Source of the DNA: an uncultured Gemmatimonadaceae bacterium
GTDB taxonomy: Bacteria; Gemmatimonadota; Gemmatimonadetes; Gemmatimonadales; Gemmatimonadaceae
DNA: 64,000 nt
Direction of reading: 5' to 3'
Assembly: GCA_963740355.1 (NCBI GenBank)
Contig: CAVUDW010000003.1
Location: forward strand, 1,184,001-1,248,000
Part shown: positions 29,273-40,298 of the stretch, one piece after another
How the letters are laid out: each line of letters opens with the position of its first letter
Numbering within the stretch: the first letter of the stretch is position 1
Program-made: the position numbers and the translations under genes
The notes under the pieces: model-generated
What the model was told of the DNA's origin: nothing
Database searches by the model: none
Seen by the model: the letters and a program-made list of their open reading frames with translations, nothing else

Positions 29273-30112
29273 CTACCGGTCAGCCTCCAACCACCGATTC
29301 GTTGCGTCCAACACTGCCAGTGCGCCCGCCACCTCGGCACTGTCGCGGATCACACAACTCCCGCTCAATAGCACCGATTGACGCCCCTGCCGCACCGTCA
29401 CACCAACCAACACGAACTCCGTCCCGAAGGCGTCCACCCGCTGCGCACCCGCCAGCGCCAGGCTCCCCGCCTTCCCTTCCGCAAATGCAATCGCGAGGAC
29501 CGTCGCCCGAGCCGCCAGCTCCAACCGCGCGGCCTCAGTCTCCAGCCCTTCCGCTTCTCCCTCAAAGGACTCCTCACCCCGCCGCAGCGTCACGCGACAT
29601 CCCAGGCCGCTGCGACTCCGCTTCACCTCGACGTCGTCGAAGATGTACCGGCGCACCCCGCTCACCTCGGGCGCGCTGACCGGCGTCACAGCCGGCGCGG
29701 CGATACCAGGGGCAGGCGCAGGGGCAGCCATCGGAATCGGCGCCGGACCAGCGATCGCGTCGACCGCCGATGGCGTCAGACGAATCCGCGGAGCATCCAC
29801 CGTCGTCGCGACACTGATCTTCCGGTGGTCGACACGCATGCCGAGATGCGCCAGCAACGCACTCTCGATGTTGCGCACGGTCTGCTTCGGACCGATTTCG
29901 ACCGACGTGAGTACATGAATGGCATCGACCTCGCCGCTGGGCGACGCCTCGATGCGCACGCTCACCACACCAGGCAACGTGCCGAGCAACTCCTCAGCGC
30001 GCGCGATGTGAATCGCGGAGGGACGGCTCGAACCGCCGCCAGCGCCGGCTGCTGTTGTGAAGACAGACACGGTCACGTTCTTTCGCGGGTGGAAGTGCAA
30101 AAGAGCGAACAC
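29273..30112 (-). CDS. Hypothetical protein (start uncertain, possibly GTG at 30076 or 30070)
   Basis: Two globular-looking domains (IHVLTS..PKQTVRNIESALLAHLGMRVDHRKISVA; LLSGSC..ALAVLDATNRWL) joined by a Pro/Ala linker. Confidence 0.75.
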   Translation of the reverse strand: MFALLHFHPRKNVTVSVFTTAAGAGGGSSRPSAIHIARAEELLGTLPGVVSVRIEASPSGEVDAIHVLTSVEIGPKQTVRNIESALLAHLGMRVDHRKISVATTVDAPRIRLTPSAVDAIAGPAPIPMAAPAPAPGIAAPAVTPVSAPEVSGVRRYIFDDVEVKRSRSGLGCRVTLRRGEESFEGEAEGLETEAARLELAARATVLAIAFAEGKAGSLALAGAQRVDAFGTEFVLVGVTVRQGRQSVLLSGSCVIRDSAEVAGALAVLDATNRWLEADR

Positions 30113-30185
30113 AAGCTCCGGCAGAGGCTGCGAATCAGCCCCGACCGTTAATCGAAGTGCAAGCTGGACCGCAGGTTAGCATAAA

Positions 30186-31724
30186 TCAAGAGTCAGCGTC
30201 CTCAACCGTTTCGCCACCCTCGATTTCCCTGATCTTCCGGTACAGCGTCCGCTCCCCGATTCCCAACAATTCTGCTGCCCGCCGACGATTGCCGCGCGTC
30301 TCCCGCAACGTCGCCTCGATCACGGCCCGCTCGATCTGTGCCATCGTCATCCCCGGCACCACTTCGACCGAATTGGGCAACCGCGCACTCATCGGCTCAA
30401 CCGCACCGCCCGCCACCAACGCCTCAGGCACTGCCGCCGCCGGAGACTGGTCCAGACGACGACGCAAGTCTTCGACCTGAACCTTCAACTCGACCAGATT
30501 CCGCAAGATGAACTCGAGCTCAGCCGCACCGAGCACCTGATTCGTATCAGGAGTGTTCCGATTGCCCGGCACCGGCGGCAACCGCACCGGCAACATCCGT
30601 GTCAGCCCGTCCCGGATCTGCGGTGGAATGTCCGCCACGCCGATCTCATGGCCGGGCGATAACACCACCATGCTCTCGATCAGGTTACGCAGCTCTCGAA
30701 CATTGCCCGGCCACGAGTATCGCGCCAGCATCTCCATGGCCTCGGCCGAGATGCCATGGAACGCCTTGTCATGCCGGCGCGAAAATTCGGCGATGAAACG
30801 CCGCACCAGCACCGGGATGTCCGACTTCCGCTCGCGGAGCGGCGGCAGGTACATGCTGAGGACGTTGAGCCGGTAATAGAGATCCGACCGGAACGCCCCC
30901 TCCTCCACCAGCTCGCGCAACGGCCGGTTGGTGGCCGCGATGACACGCACGTTCACTGGAATGCTGGTCACGCCACCAACACGCGTGACTTCACGCTCCT
31001 CCAGCACCCGCAGCAACTTCACCTGCGTCGAGGGCGGGATGTCACCGATCTCGTCCAGAAAAAGAGTGCCGCCGTCCGCCAGCTCGAAGCGCCCCAGTCG
31101 ACGCTCGGCGGCGCCTGTGAACGCGCCCTTCTCATGGCCGAAGAGCTCGCTCTCGAGGAGCGTCTCGGCCAGCGCGCCGACGTTCACGCCGATGAACGGC
31201 TTGTTCCGGCGAGGGCCGAGGCGATGGATGCCGCGCGCCACCAGCTCCTTGCCCGTGCCGCTCTCGCCCTCGATCAACACCGTGCTCGATACCGGCGCGA
31301 TCTGCTCGATCTTCACCAGGACTTCGCGCAACGCCTCGGTGTCGCCGCTGAGCCCCGTCTCCTGACTCAGGCGGCGGCGCTCGAGAAGGCGGCGAACGAC
31401 GGGCGCCACATCTTCCGGAACGACCGGCTTCACCAGAACATCAGCGTAGCCAATGGTGCGCAGCCGTTCGCGCATCCCTGGCTCGTCGACGTCGGCCAAG
31501 CCGACGACCGGTACCCCGGCCCACAGTTCCTCGCGCACCACCTGCACGTTGCCGGTATCGAGCAGCGCCCCCGTGATCACCACCACGTCCGGCTCGAAGC
31601 GCTCGAGCGAACCGCGGATGTCATCCAGCGGCGACACCATTTCCGTGGTGATGCCCGAATGCTCGAGCAGCGCGTTGAGACGCACGGCCGGCTCGACGTC
31701 GGTGAGCGTGATGAGAACCTTCAC
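30186..31724 (-). CDS. Sigma54-dependent enhancer-binding activator (pseudo-REC, AAA+, Fis HTH)
   Basis: GESGTGKE, ESELFGHEKGAFTGA, LFLDEIG, WPGNVREL, GNRRRAAELLGIGERTLYRK. Confidence 0.95.
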   Translation of the reverse strand: MKVLITLTDVEPAVRLNALLEHSGITTEMVSPLDDIRGSLERFEPDVVVITGALLDTGNVQVVREELWAGVPVVGLADVDEPGMRERLRTIGYADVLVKPVVPEDVAPVVRRLLERRRLSQETGLSGDTEALREVLVKIEQIAPVSSTVLIEGESGTGKELVARGIHRLGPRRNKPFIGVNVGALAETLLESELFGHEKGAFTGAAERRLGRFELADGGTLFLDEIGDIPPSTQVKLLRVLEEREVTRVGGVTSIPVNVRVIAATNRPLRELVEEGAFRSDLYYRLNVLSMYLPPLRERKSDIPVLVRRFIAEFSRRHDKAFHGISAEAMEMLARYSWPGNVRELRNLIESMVVLSPGHEIGVADIPPQIRDGLTRMLPVRLPPVPGNRNTPDTNQVLGAAELEFILRNLVELKVQVEDLRRRLDQSPAAAVPEALVAGGAVEPMSARLPNSVEVVPGMTMAQIERAVIEATLRETRGNRRRAAELLGIGERTLYRKIREIEGGETVEDADS

Positions 31725-31733
31725 GTCGCGCGC

Positions 31734-32849
31734 CTACTTCTTCGCTGAGCCGTTCGGCCAGAACGGGAGCGCAGCCACCGTGGCCGCGACGCGACTTCCG
31801 CGAATCTCGACTTCAAAGCAGGTGCCGGGCTTCGCCAGTTCGGTCGGCAGATAGCAGGTGCCGATCGGGATCCCGACGCTCGGCCCAACTGTTCCGCTGC
31901 ACACGACGCCACTCGCCTCGCCATCGATGAACACCGGCATGCCGTGGCGCGGGACATTGCGCACCGGCAACGTGAAGCCAACCAACTTGCGCGGAATGCC
32001 CGCCATCTTCTGCGACACCAGCGCCTCACGTCCGACAAAGCGCTCCTTGGCGGTGAGCTTCACCAACCACGCCAGGTTCGCCTCGTATGGCGTGACGGTA
32101 TCATCGATGTCGTTGCCGTAGAGCGCCATGCCCATCTCGAGACGCAGTGTGTCGCGCGCACCGAGACCAGCCGGCGTCACGTCACCCGCCGACATCAGCG
32201 CGGCCCACATCGCCGGTGCATCGGTGTCGTTGAAATAGAGTTCGAAGCCATCTTCGCCGGTGTAGCCGGTGCGACTGATGATGACGTTCTCGATGCCAGC
32301 GACGGTGCCAACTGTGAAGTGGTAGTACTTGATCGACGCCAGGTCGACATCCGTGTGGCGCGCGAGGATGGCGGGGGCAAGTGGTCCCTGCAACGCCAGC
32401 AACGCGGTCTTGCCGCTCACATCCTCGAGCTGCGCGTCGAAGGTCAGCAATCGCGGTTCGATGTGCGCCCAATCCTTCGCGATGTTGGACGCATTGACCA
32501 CCAGCATCAGGTGATCCTCGAACCGATAGACGAGGCAATCATCCTCGATCGTTCCGCGTTCATTGCAGAAGGTCGAATAGTGCGCCTGCCCAACCGCCAG
32601 CTTGGAGACGTCGTTGGTGGTGACGTAGTTGACGAAATCGACGGCGCCCGGCCCGGTGACGAGAAACTCGCCCATGTGGCTGACGTCGAAGAGGCCACAG
32701 GCCTTGCGCACCGCATGGTGCTCCGCGGTGATGCCGCCTGGGTATTGCACCGGCATCTCGAACCCAGCGAACGGCACGATCTTGGCGCCAAGGGCAACGT
32801 GGGTGTCGTAGAGCGCGGTGCGCTGGAGCGTGGAGTCTGGGGCGGACAT
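31734..32849 (-). CDS. gcvT: Glycine cleavage system aminomethyltransferase T
   Basis: [45 protein letters not shown]. Confidence 0.97.
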   Translation of the reverse strand: MSAPDSTLQRTALYDTHVALGAKIVPFAGFEMPVQYPGGITAEHHAVRKACGLFDVSHMGEFLVTGPGAVDFVNYVTTNDVSKLAVGQAHYSTFCNERGTIEDDCLVYRFEDHLMLVVNASNIAKDWAHIEPRLLTFDAQLEDVSGKTALLALQGPLAPAILARHTDVDLASIKYYHFTVGTVAGIENVIISRTGYTGEDGFELYFNDTDAPAMWAALMSAGDVTPAGLGARDTLRLEMGMALYGNDIDDTVTPYEANLAWLVKLTAKERFVGREALVSQKMAGIPRKLVGFTLPVRNVPRHGMPVFIDGEASGVVCSGTVGPSVGIPIGTCYLPTELAKPGTCFEVEIRGSRVAATVAALPFWPNGSAKK

Positions 32850-32939
32850 GGCGGGAAGGCAGAAGTAGGTGCCGAACTGGCAGAATCGAAAACTACCACA
32901 GGATCTGCCCGCCGTCAGGACGTCGTCAGCGCCACATAT

Positions 32940-35066
32940 TCAGGTCCCGTCCGGCAGTCGCTGCCGAGCCGCGCCATCGTCCTGCCGAGCCATGTGCGCC
33001 GCGCGCCTGAGGCCGGCAATGGTGGTCAGGATCTGTCGATCGTCGACAGGCTTCACGAGGTGGGCGTCGAAGCCGGCGGCAAATGACTGTGTCCGGTCGT
33101 CTTCCCGCCCCCAGCCCGTCAGCGCGATCATGATGGCGCGACTCGCAGCACGACTCTGCGAGCGAATCCGGCGACAGGCCTCGTACCCGTCCAGCACCGG
33201 CAATCCGATGTCGAGGAGTATGACGTCCGGATCGAGCTGCAACGCACTGTCGACTGCGTGCTGACCATCGAACGCTGTGTGGGTGTCGTGGCCCGACAGG
33301 CTCAGCATCATCGCCAGCGAGAGGGCGGCGTCCCGATTGTCATCAACGATCAGGATGCGGAGCGGCGGCAACGTGCCGGCGTCCTCCGCCGACGGCGCCC
33401 CTCCGACCGCGGGGATCGGCTGCTGCAGCGGAAGCGTCACGACGAATTCACTGCCGGTGCCGTTCTCGGCTGCTCGCGCCTCCACCGTGCCATGGTGCAA
33501 CTCGATCAGGCTCTTCACGACCGTCAGTCCAATGCCAAGCCCACCTTGCGAGCGATGCTTCGATCGATCGAGCTGCGTGAACATTTCGAAGATGCTGCCA
33601 CGCATTTCCGAGGGGATGCCAACCCCTTCATCACGCAGGGTGACCACCACCTGACCATCGAGGACCTCGGCCGAGAGCCAGATGGTGCTGTCGTGCGGGC
33701 TGAATTTCGAGGCGTTGCCAATCAGGTTGCTGAATACCTGCGAGAGGCGCACCACGTCGCCATCGATCGTGACTGACGGCGGCACGAGGGACGAGTGAAA
33801 TTTCTGGTTCGCCGCCTCGAGCATCGGTCGACAAGCATCCAGTGCCTGCTCGACGATGGCGTGCAGTTGGACTTGCTCCCACCGCAGCGCAATCGTGCCG
33901 CGATTGATGCGACTGACATCGAGCAGGTCGTCGACCAGGCGCACCATGTGCGTGACCTGCCGCTGCAGCATGGCCACCGCCGTCTGTCGCGCGACCGGAT
34001 GCATGTCGGACATCTCGACGATGCGGAGGCCGCTCATGATCGGCGCCAAGGGATTGCGCAGCTCGTGCGCCAGCATCGCGAGAAACTCCGTCTTGCGTCG
34101 ATCGGAATCCGACAACTCCGATGCCACTCGACGCACCCCTTCCTCGATCTGCTTGCGGGCCGTCACGTCGCGCGACGAACCGGCCACCGCGATCACCGCA
34201 CCATTCGCGTCGAAGACAGGGACGAAGATGAAGTCGTAGACATGGAAACCGCTGGCGCCGGCGAGAGACATCTCCCCGCGAGTCGCGGCCCGAGACGACA
34301 CGACGACGTCGATCTCATGTTCATGCAGGGCAGCGGTGTCCGCCGCATATCCGAGCTCACGACAGGTCTGGCCGAGTGCGTTCGCTGGCGTGCGGCTGAG
34401 GGATTCAAGCAGCACGTTGTTCGCGTACAGCAATCGGTAGGACAAATCGAAGACGTATACCAGGTCCGGCGTATTCGAGAGGATGGCCTCGTACAGGCGC
34501 TGCTGCTCCATGTTCGCCTGGACGGTGCTCGCACGTACCGACGCCGCTTCGCGCTCCTGAGCGGCGCTGGCGTGTCGATGCATCGCTTCGCCGACCTCTG
34601 GTGTCTGCGCGGCGGCGACGAAAAGGCCTTCGACCGTGACGCCGTCGAGGTCGAGTATCGGACTCAGGCTCCATGCCATGCGGCGCGCCTGGGCTGCGCC
34701 GTTGACGGAGTCTTTCGGCGCCGACACGATCGCGAGATCGCCGACGCTCTCACGACTATCACAAACGTGATCCACGACGGGGCCCACTGATTCCCACACC
34801 TCAGGCCAGAGCAGGTGTGCGGGCGTTCCAGGCGTCGAGTCGCGCGCGCCGGGACTGAGCAACGGCAGGCATGCGTCGTTGTGGAAGACCTGATGCTGCG
34901 GTCCCCACCAGATCTGCAGCGGCGCAGGCGAAAGCAGGAGGAGACGGATCGCAACGCGAAGCGTCGTCGGCCACTCTGCTGCTGCGAGGTCGCCCTGTCC
35001 AGCCCACGTTGTAGCACGCATCCGGCGCGCCATGATGCTGTCACCGGGAAAATACTGCGAATCCAT
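32940..35066 (-). CDS. PAS hybrid sensor histidine kinase/receiver
   Basis: PAS, FLAMLAHELRNPL, NLIGNASKF, DEGVG, GGLGIGL, C-terminal REC LLDIGLP. Confidence 0.92.
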   Translation of the reverse strand: MDSQYFPGDSIMARRMRATTWAGQGDLAAAEWPTTLRVAIRLLLLSPAPLQIWWGPQHQVFHNDACLPLLSPGARDSTPGTPAHLLWPEVWESVGPVVDHVCDSRESVGDLAIVSAPKDSVNGAAQARRMAWSLSPILDLDGVTVEGLFVAAAQTPEVGEAMHRHASAAQEREAASVRASTVQANMEQQRLYEAILSNTPDLVYVFDLSYRLLYANNVLLESLSRTPANALGQTCRELGYAADTAALHEHEIDVVVSSRAATRGEMSLAGASGFHVYDFIFVPVFDANGAVIAVAGSSRDVTARKQIEEGVRRVASELSDSDRRKTEFLAMLAHELRNPLAPIMSGLRIVEMSDMHPVARQTAVAMLQRQVTHMVRLVDDLLDVSRINRGTIALRWEQVQLHAIVEQALDACRPMLEAANQKFHSSLVPPSVTIDGDVVRLSQVFSNLIGNASKFSPHDSTIWLSAEVLDGQVVVTLRDEGVGIPSEMRGSIFEMFTQLDRSKHRSQGGLGIGLTVVKSLIELHHGTVEARAAENGTGSEFVVTLPLQQPIPAVGGAPSAEDAGTLPPLRILIVDDNRDAALSLAMMLSLSGHDTHTAFDGQHAVDSALQLDPDVILLDIGLPVLDGYEACRRIRSQSRAASRAIMIALTGWGREDDRTQSFAAGFDAHLVKPVDDRQILTTIAGLRRAAHMARQDDGAARQRLPDGT

Positions 35067-35422
35067 CGAGTCTTTGGCAGGTCAGTGCACGGACCGCGCG
35101 CCATCACTACCGCTCTTCGAGGCTTGCTCGAGAATTGCTGGAGCGGTAAGGTGCAGCGTGCAGTCTTCCGTGTGGCGCGGCAACGACCCGCTGAAGCACG
35201 GCACTGGTTCGGTCGAAGACCGCTGCCTGTGCCCGCACTTCCAGCCCACGCGCAGAGTCTCGATCAACGCATGGCACTGCAACGATCATAACGCCGTGTC
35301 GCATCTGCCGCTGGCGCCGCCGGAATTTCCGGTGGCGCCAGCGGTGACCAACGCAACGGGCAGCGATGACAGGCGATTACCGACCAGCCGCGTTCGTGCC
35401 GTACTGGTCGGGGCGATCCGGC

Positions 35423-36019
35423 TCAGGACCAGGAGGCACGCACATTCTTCGCCACATCGGCGAGGACGCTGCTCTGCGCCGGCAGACCTTCACTCTGCAG
35501 GAAGGTGACGGTCGCAGCTGGAATGGCCTTCTGCAGTGACATCACAGACTCGGCGTGCTGCGCGAGGTGGGTGTGCGCAAGGTCAGCCACGCTGTCGTCG
35601 CCCAGGGAGAGCGCGGTGGTGTGCAGCATGACATAGCCGATGTACGCGAGCGAGACGGCGGTGTAGTCGTCGCGGAGATCCTTGGGCAGCTTCTCTGAGC
35701 GCACGAAGTCGACCGCGGCCGCGCCGGCGCCGAGCACGGACGAGACGGCCTTCTTCAGGACCTTCGACACACCGCCGGCGTTCTGCTCGCGCCGGTTCGA
35801 CAGCGCCTCGAGCGCCTGCAGGTGGGCCTCAGTCGTCGCATGAATGCGTAGCAGGACGCCCTTGAACTCGCTGTGCTCGTCCAGATCCTCGATCTGCCCG
35901 GCCAACGCGGTCTGAATGTGCGATTCCAGCGCAATCATGTCCGTGACATAACTGTCGATCGTTTCAGTGACGTCGTCACTGGTTGCGTGCTTCACTGCAT
36001 CGGTCATATCGACGCTCAT
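35423..36019 (-). CDS. DUF892/ferritin-like stress protein
   Basis: Start trimmed to MSVDMT; YVTDMIALESHI, KDLRDDYTA, YVMLHTTALSLG four-helix pattern. Confidence 0.75.
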   Translation of the reverse strand: MSVDMTDAVKHATSDDVTETIDSYVTDMIALESHIQTALAGQIEDLDEHSEFKGVLLRIHATTEAHLQALEALSNRREQNAGGVSKVLKKAVSSVLGAGAAAVDFVRSEKLPKDLRDDYTAVSLAYIGYVMLHTTALSLGDDSVADLAHTHLAQHAESVMSLQKAIPAATVTFLQSEGLPAQSSVLADVAKNVRASWS

Positions 36020-36569
36020 GGCTGAGGTGTGACTGCTGATTTCGACCACTTACCTGTTTCCCAACGCGACCGCAGGACACGCGTGTCGAGGCACCGGTGT
36101 TGCGCCAGCGCGCGCGACGTGCGTGGTACCGAAGACGAAAAAGCGGCACGCAAGCACACCGAGCCGGTGTCTCACGCGCCGCAAACGAGGATCCTGACGA
36201 TATCCACGCTTCAGCTTCCTTCTGCTGTTGTCCTTTGTACCCTTGCTGCAACACTTTCGTATGCTGCGCCAGGGTGCTCTCTGTTGCAGCTGATGTTGGA
36301 CACTTCATTTGCAAGTCGTGTTCCACACGTTGCCAGCGTTCGGCGTGGAATATCTGCAGTTATGCAGGCAAGTCCCGCATGTGACGGAGACGACTCTACG
36401 TCGCAGGCCAGCGCCAGCTCATCGTCAGGACGACAAGTGACGATACCGAGGTTGTGGGCGCCGCACCTTGCGCCGCCCCGTTTCAGCGCATAGTGTCTTG
36501 AGAAGAACAAAAGAATGCGCGAACGCAGCGCATGCCTGATCGAACGAGCACTTGGCTCGTCAGATGATG

Positions 36570-36605
36570 GCGCGAGTGGCCCTTGAGGCCGCCCGCGCTT
36601 TTTTT
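36570..36605 (+). terminator. Intrinsic terminator with no upstream + strand CDS
   Basis: GCGCGAGTGGCC-CTTGA-GGCCGCCCGCGC-T7. Confidence 0.7.
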
Positions 36606-36656
36606 GTGCCCTTCATTTTGCTCGCGACTCGACCCGAGACGCAGGGAGCTCGATCC

Positions 36657-37013
36657 ATGTTTTCGGAACTTCGCGGGCACACCGATCCTGACGCGCTCCC
36701 GCACCTCACGCTGAGCGCAGCCACGAGCAGTGGGCCTTTGCAGATCCAGACGGAAGAGCCGACGCTCGAAGTGTGAGTGTTGGAGACGCAGCGTCAGCTG
36801 TACCGGCTCGAAGAAATTGTGCATCGACTCACGTCCGTCGCCGGCAAGGGTGGCGAACCGGCGGCGGGCGTGATGTCGCTCATTCAGGAGAGCAACCGGC
36901 GGCTACGCCGCGAAGTCGATGAGTTCACGCTCGATTCGCACGCCGTGCTGAGACTGGTGCGGCCGACCGGCCGAACTGTCCGGCCTACGGCGTCAGTGCC
37001 GCCAGCAAACTGA
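36657..37013 (+). pseudogene. Small hypothetical protein interrupted by in-frame TGA (36774-36776)
   Basis: ATG with GGGAG upstream; ...TLEV*VLETQRQLYRLEEIVHRL... continues in the same frame. Confidence 0.35.
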
Positions 37014-37335
37014 CCATGTTCGGCGGCTTCGTCAGGTGCGCGTCGAAGCCGGCATCGAACGCGCGCTGACGATCTTCATCCTGGCCCCAGCCGGTGAGCG
37101 CAATCAGCCGCAGATGCTCACCGCCGGCTCGAGCCCTCATCGCACGCGCGACATCGTACCCGTTCAAACGCGGCATCCCGATGTCGAGCAGCACGACATC
37201 GGGGTGAAATGTCGTGACCGCACCGAGCGCCTGCTCACCGTCCGTCGCCACGAACACATCGTGGCCATGAATGGAGAGCAATAGCGCCAGGCTCTCCGCG
37301 GCATCCTGATTGTCATCGGCGATCAGGATGCGCAT
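36985..37335 (-). CDS. Single-domain response regulator
   Basis: MRILIADDN, VLLDIGMP, HLTKP. Confidence 0.9.
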   Translation of the reverse strand: MRILIADDNQDAAESLALLLSIHGHDVFVATDGEQALGAVTTFHPDVVLLDIGMPRLNGYDVARAMRARAGGEHLRLIALTGWGQDEDRQRAFDAGFDAHLTKPPNMVSLLAALTP

Positions 37336-37379
37336 TGAGACTGCCTCACCGTCGCCACGCGGAATCGCGCTGCTCGCGC

Positions 37380-39765
37380 TCACCCGATCAGGTGCCTCAG
37401 CGTCCGCTGCAACGCTTCATGATCCACTGGCTTGACGAGGTGCGCGTCGAAACCCGCTTCCACCGACTTGCGACGATCATCCTCCTGCCCCCAACCGGTC
37501 AGCGCCACGACGACGAGTCGGTTCGTCCGCGGAGTCAACCGAAGCTCACGGCACACTTCATAGCCGTTGAGCTTGGGCATCCCGATGTCGAGCAGGACCA
37601 CGTCGGGGTGAAATTCAGCCGCCACAGCGAGCGCTTCTTCGCCGTCAAAGGCGGTGGCCGTCTCGTGCCCGGTGAGGCTCAACAGCACAGAAAGCGAATT
37701 CGCGGAGTCGCGATTGTCGTCCACCACCAGGATGCGCAGCGCAGGCGACATGGCGACGGCCGCCACCAACGTCACCGATTTCGGGCTCCGCTACCGGCAC
37801 ACGCGGCAGGCTGACGAGGAACGCGCTTCCGGTTCCTGGACCGTCGCTCCGTGCCACCACCGTGCCGTCATGTTGCTCGATCACACTCCGAACGAGCGTG
37901 AGACCGATACCGAGCCCCCCATGCTCTCGCTCGCGCGTGAGTTCGACCTGGGTGAACATCTCGAAGATGCTGGTGAGCATGTCCTGAGGGATGCCAACGC
38001 CGTAATCCCGAACGGTTACGTCGACCCTATCAGCCGTTGCCGCGACGAGAACATCGATGTCGGCCGAAGCAGAGCTGAACTTGCTGGCGTTGACGACGAG
38101 GTTGGTAAAGGCCTGCACCAGCCGGACCGCATCCCCGTCTACGACGATTGACGGATCCATGCCTCGCACGTTCAGCCGCTGATTCAGCGCCGTGATCGTT
38201 GGCTCGACGGCCTCGGTCACGAGATCGAGCACCTCACCCAGTGCAACCGGCTCGCGTCGCAGCTCGATCGTGCCTCGACTGATGCGACTCACGTCGAGCA
38301 GGTCGTTCACCAGGCGAACCATGTGCATGACCTGGCGCTCCATCATCCCCGCCGCTGACAGGCGCGAGACCCGATCACCATCTGCGCGCTGGATGATCTG
38401 AATGCCATTCAGGATCGGCGAGAGCGGATTGCGCAGCTCGTGCGCCAGCATCGCCAGGAACTCATTCTTGCGGCGATCCGACTCGGACAGTCGAGCCGCC
38501 AACAGCCGCAGCTCCTCTTCACGCTCCTTGATCTCAGTGACATCTCGCGTGGTGCCGGCAACGGCGACCACGTCGCCTTGCGCATTGAACACCGGCACGA
38601 GGATGTAGTCGTACATCCTGCGGCCGAAGGCACCGGAAAAGGGCACTTCGCCGCGCACGGTCTGCCCGGTCGCGACGATGTGGTCGATTTCACGGTCGTG
38701 CATGGCGGCGTGCCATGGCTCGTAGCCGAGTTCGAGGCAATTGCGGCCAATGGCCTCGTCGTACGTCCTGCCCCACATGCGCAACAACACTTCGTTGGCG
38801 TAGGTGAACCGATGATCGAGATCCCAGACGTACGCGAGATCGGGGGTGTTCGTGAGGATGGCTTCGTAGGTGCGCCGCTGCGCCTCACGATCACTGGCCG
38901 TCGTGCGCAAGGCGGCATCGGTAGCCTTCTCGGCCGAGACGTCGCGGAAGTAGAGCATCAGGCCAGAGGTCGCCGGGATGCACCAGACTTCATACCAGCG
39001 CGCGTGGTCGGGATAATACGAGGTCACCGACCCTCCCACCCGCTCCGACATCGACGACCGCATCAGGGTCTCGAACTCGCTCCCGATCACGCCCGGAAAG
39101 ACCTCGAAAGCGGTGCGTCCGAGTAACTCTCCTTCTGCGACAGCCAGCAGCTCGTAGGCCTTGGGATTGAGGAAGGTGAAGCAGAACTTTGCGTCCAGCG
39201 TGAGGAACGCATCGGGCAGCGATTCAAGGAATCGCGTCAGATCACCAACGGCTTCAAAAAACGCGTGGGTCGGCTGATCTGCGAGGCGTTCCCTCGCATC
39301 CTCGATTTCCGGCTCAGCGACGATGGTGCTCAGCACCCCTTCAACTCGGCGCATCTCGGCGTCGAAGATCGGTTGCAGCAGCAGCGTCGCGGTCTTGCTC
39401 AGCCGCTGTCTGGTCGAGACGAGCGGCAGGGGGATGTCATGCAGCACCGCGCTCACACCATCACGCATGAGGGCGCTGATCGTGGGCTCCATGGCAGGCC
39501 ATGTGGGCCCGTACAACGTCTTCGCAGGCGCTGGGGGCGCCGGTCTCCGGTGATCGCCGCCCCGAGCGCGATGGCTCGCGGCATTCTCGAACACGAGGAG
39601 CGGGCCACCCCCACTCCACCAGACCTGCATTGGCGCGGGCGATTGCCATGCGTTGCGAAGGTTCGCGCTCAACACCGTCGGCAATTCCGATTCGGCACCG
39701 ATCCCAAGCGCAGTCTTGACATCCGCGTCACGAAACTCGCCCCTCACGAGGCTGGCATCACGCAT
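37380..39765 (-). CDS. Multi-PAS hybrid histidine kinase; receiver domain separated by a frameshift near 37780
   Basis: Two PAS, FLAMLAHELRNPL, HATPase in 37645..39765; REC (LRILVVDDN, LLDIGMP) in overlapping frame 37380..37775, placed as in paralog 32940..35066. Confidence 0.85.
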
Positions 39766-40298
39766 GCATCCCTCCGGCGATGCTGACGCACGCGGCGCAC
39801 GTCGTCAGGCTGCTGCCTGCGCCCGTGTGTCCGCGAGAAACTTGGCATCGAAGTGATATATCGAACTCGCGTTCGGAATGGCTCATCGTGATCAACCGGT
39901 TGTTGTCAGCACCGAGGAGCGTTGAATGCACAAAGGCGGCCAGATCACATCGGGTGTGACCGTCGCCGCCTTCGGGCTACAACAGCATTCGTTGCAGGAC
40001 AAGGAACGCGCCTTCGCCATGTCAGGGCACACAGCGAGCTGGGAGTGCATCCGCAGCTCTCTCGACCCCGCAACACGCTCGAGCGTCTGGCTTCAGCCTA
40101 CCCAGGGCATCCGCTGTGTGCAAGCGAACAACGCGACCATTTCGTATCGATGCTGGCGGCCTCTGGCTTGCGCACACACATCCCTGCGCGTACCCCTGCG
40201 AGCAATTTCAGACTGATCACATTTGAGGCTGCCGGTTCAACGCACGCACGCACGACGACAGCATTCATGCGACACACTCTCACCGAGGACGGACGACT

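Noticed and set aside
36774..36776. Selenocysteine or programmed readthrough at the in-frame TGA
   Set aside because: No redox motif or evident SECIS; a TGG-to-TGA change or error is simpler
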